DNA of 64,000 nucleotides from an uncultured Candidatus Rokubacteria bacterium (lineage in GTDB: Bacteria; Methylomirabilota; Methylomirabilia; Rokubacteriales; CSP1-6), in the NCBI GenBank assembly GCA_963758635.1, contig CAVWWD010000007.1, positions 224,001-288,000 of the forward strand, written 5' to 3'. Under the pieces are notes generated by a model. The model saw nothing but the letters and a program-made list of their open reading frames with translations. It ran no database searches and had not been told where the DNA came from. Shown here piece by piece: positions 62,882-64,000 of the stretch. The position numbers and the translations under genes were made by a program. Position 1 is the first letter of the stretch; every line of letters starts with the position of its first letter.

Positions 62882-63979
62882 ATGCCGCGGGCGCTCGTTT
62901 GGCCCCTGCCTCTCGCCCTTGCCGCGTTGCTCGTCGGGTGCGCGGCCGCACGCATGAGCGTGAACATGCCCGAGCGCGGAGAGCGGCTGCCCGCAGAGGC
63001 AAGCGCGGCGCTCGTGCTGCCCGCCGGCGCTCCGGAATACATGGTGGCCGTCGCCCTCGGGCCACTCGACAGCCGGCTCGTGGTGACCCGGATCCGCACC
63101 GGGCAGACCGCGCTGCTCCCGTCCTCGCCGACCGTCCCCGCGGACCCTGTGTGGGCGCCCGACGGCAGCGCCATCCTGTTCCGCGCCGGGACCGACCTGA
63201 TGCGGTACGACACGGGACAGGCGGCCGTTGGGCACCTGGATTCCGGCCTGTCTCGGAGCGGCCGGACACCCTACGCGTACTCGCCGGACGGGCGGCGGAT
63301 CGCGGTGGCCAAGGCGAGCGCGGTCCATGTCGTCACTGTCGGCAGTGCCCGGGAGCGGTTCGCGCTTCCCGAGGGGCAGGCGTTCACACAGATGCGCTGG
63401 GCAAGGAACGCACGCACGCTGGTGGTGCTCGTGAGGGACAGCGGCGGCGAGAACGCGGCGCTGGTGTGGATCGATACCGACGGGCGAACGGCTCGCACTC
63501 AAGCCGCCCCGGGAGTTACCGGCTTGCTCGGCTGGGATCCCACAACCGGGGACCTGGTGGTGAGCCAGGCCGCGCCCGAGCGGACCGGGACTCAGGCGGT
63601 TGTGCTCTCGCCGACCGGGGAGGCGCGACCCCTGCGTGACGCGGACGAGGACGAGGGCGGCGAGTTCACTCTTCTCTACCGTCCGGATACCAGGGAGGCG
63701 GTGGCCGCGGTCGGGAACGAGGATCTCGGCGACCCGAGGCGAATCCTCCTTCTGCCGCCGGGCACCGCGCCCGCCCGACCCTGGCTGGATACGTTTCCTC
63801 GCGTAGACCAGATGTCGCTGTCAGCCGATGGGCGCTGGGTGGCATTCATCGCCGGAGGCCCGGACACGGAGCCGGGCGGCGACGTGTTCGTGATCCCGTT
63901 CGGCGGGCAGGTCCCCGCGCGCGTCCTTCTGGCCCAGCCGGACGGCTATCGCTTCGCCACGCCCGTCCTTGGCCCGTGA
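62882..63979 (+). CDS. Lipoprotein with a TolB/PD40-like beta-propeller
   Basis: Lipobox LVGC; WAPDG, YSPDGRRIA, LSADGRWVAF repeats. Confidence 0.8.
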   Translation: MPRALVWPLPLALAALLVGCAAARMSVNMPERGERLPAEASAALVLPAGAPEYMVAVALGPLDSRLVVTRIRTGQTALLPSSPTVPADPVWAPDGSAILFRAGTDLMRYDTGQAAVGHLDSGLSRSGRTPYAYSPDGRRIAVAKASAVHVVTVGSARERFALPEGQAFTQMRWARNARTLVVLVRDSGGENAALVWIDTDGRTARTQAAPGVTGLLGWDPTTGDLVVSQAAPERTGTQAVVLSPTGEARPLRDADEDEGGEFTLLYRPDTREAVAAVGNEDLGDPRRILLLPPGTAPARPWLDTFPRVDQMSLSADGRWVAFIAGGPDTEPGGDVFVIPFGGQVPARVLLAQPDGYRFATPVLGP

Positions 63980-64000
63980 GGATGCCTGTCGGGACCACCG

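Noticed and set aside
59988..63979. Prophage lysis cassette
   Set aside because: No holin, spanin, structural or integrase genes in view; the lipoprotein propeller and sigma54 motif fit better with a host-encoded module

Overview
Very GC-rich bacterial chromosome segment. Gene content and style suggest Ca. Rokubacteria/Methylomirabilota, which is inference only. Many genes carry single-base frameshifts that look like long-read assembly errors. Backbone genes: RskA-like anti-sigma factor, stand-alone A-PCP enzyme, Nudix hydrolase, ttuB/ttuA, thiolase, PfkB kinase, UvrD helicase-nuclease, PcaD, amidase, an NtrC-type two-component system, PepN, a split B12 methionine-synthase cluster with aroK and a TonB receptor, and several hydrolases/dehydrogenases. 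There are four accessory zones. (1) 5.5-13.7 kb: a 7TM-GAF-PAS histidine kinase coupled to a scrambled His->Asp pseudokinase, an IS701 nested inside an IS630, and IS/kinase debris. (2) 22.8-28.6 kb: a HicB/HicA-like pair and an IS630 whose matching right end lies about 3.7 kb past its transposase, enclosing GNAT, flavin-oxidase and HAD cargo. (3) 28.9-34.3 kb: a dormancy/stress island with four sigma54 motifs, containing a baeRF1/Balon-like protein with a GGQ, an HPF-cold-shock fusion, a ferritin-like protein and small proteins. (4) 59.9-64 kb: a sigma54-type promoter ahead of a LysM/PG-binding protein, a signal-less Amidase_3 with a roughly 200-aa insertion, and a beta-propeller lipoprotein. 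Zone 4, read as a cell-wall effector/immunity module, and zone 3 are the best candidates for an undescribed system. No rRNA, tRNA or CRISPR array was recognised.
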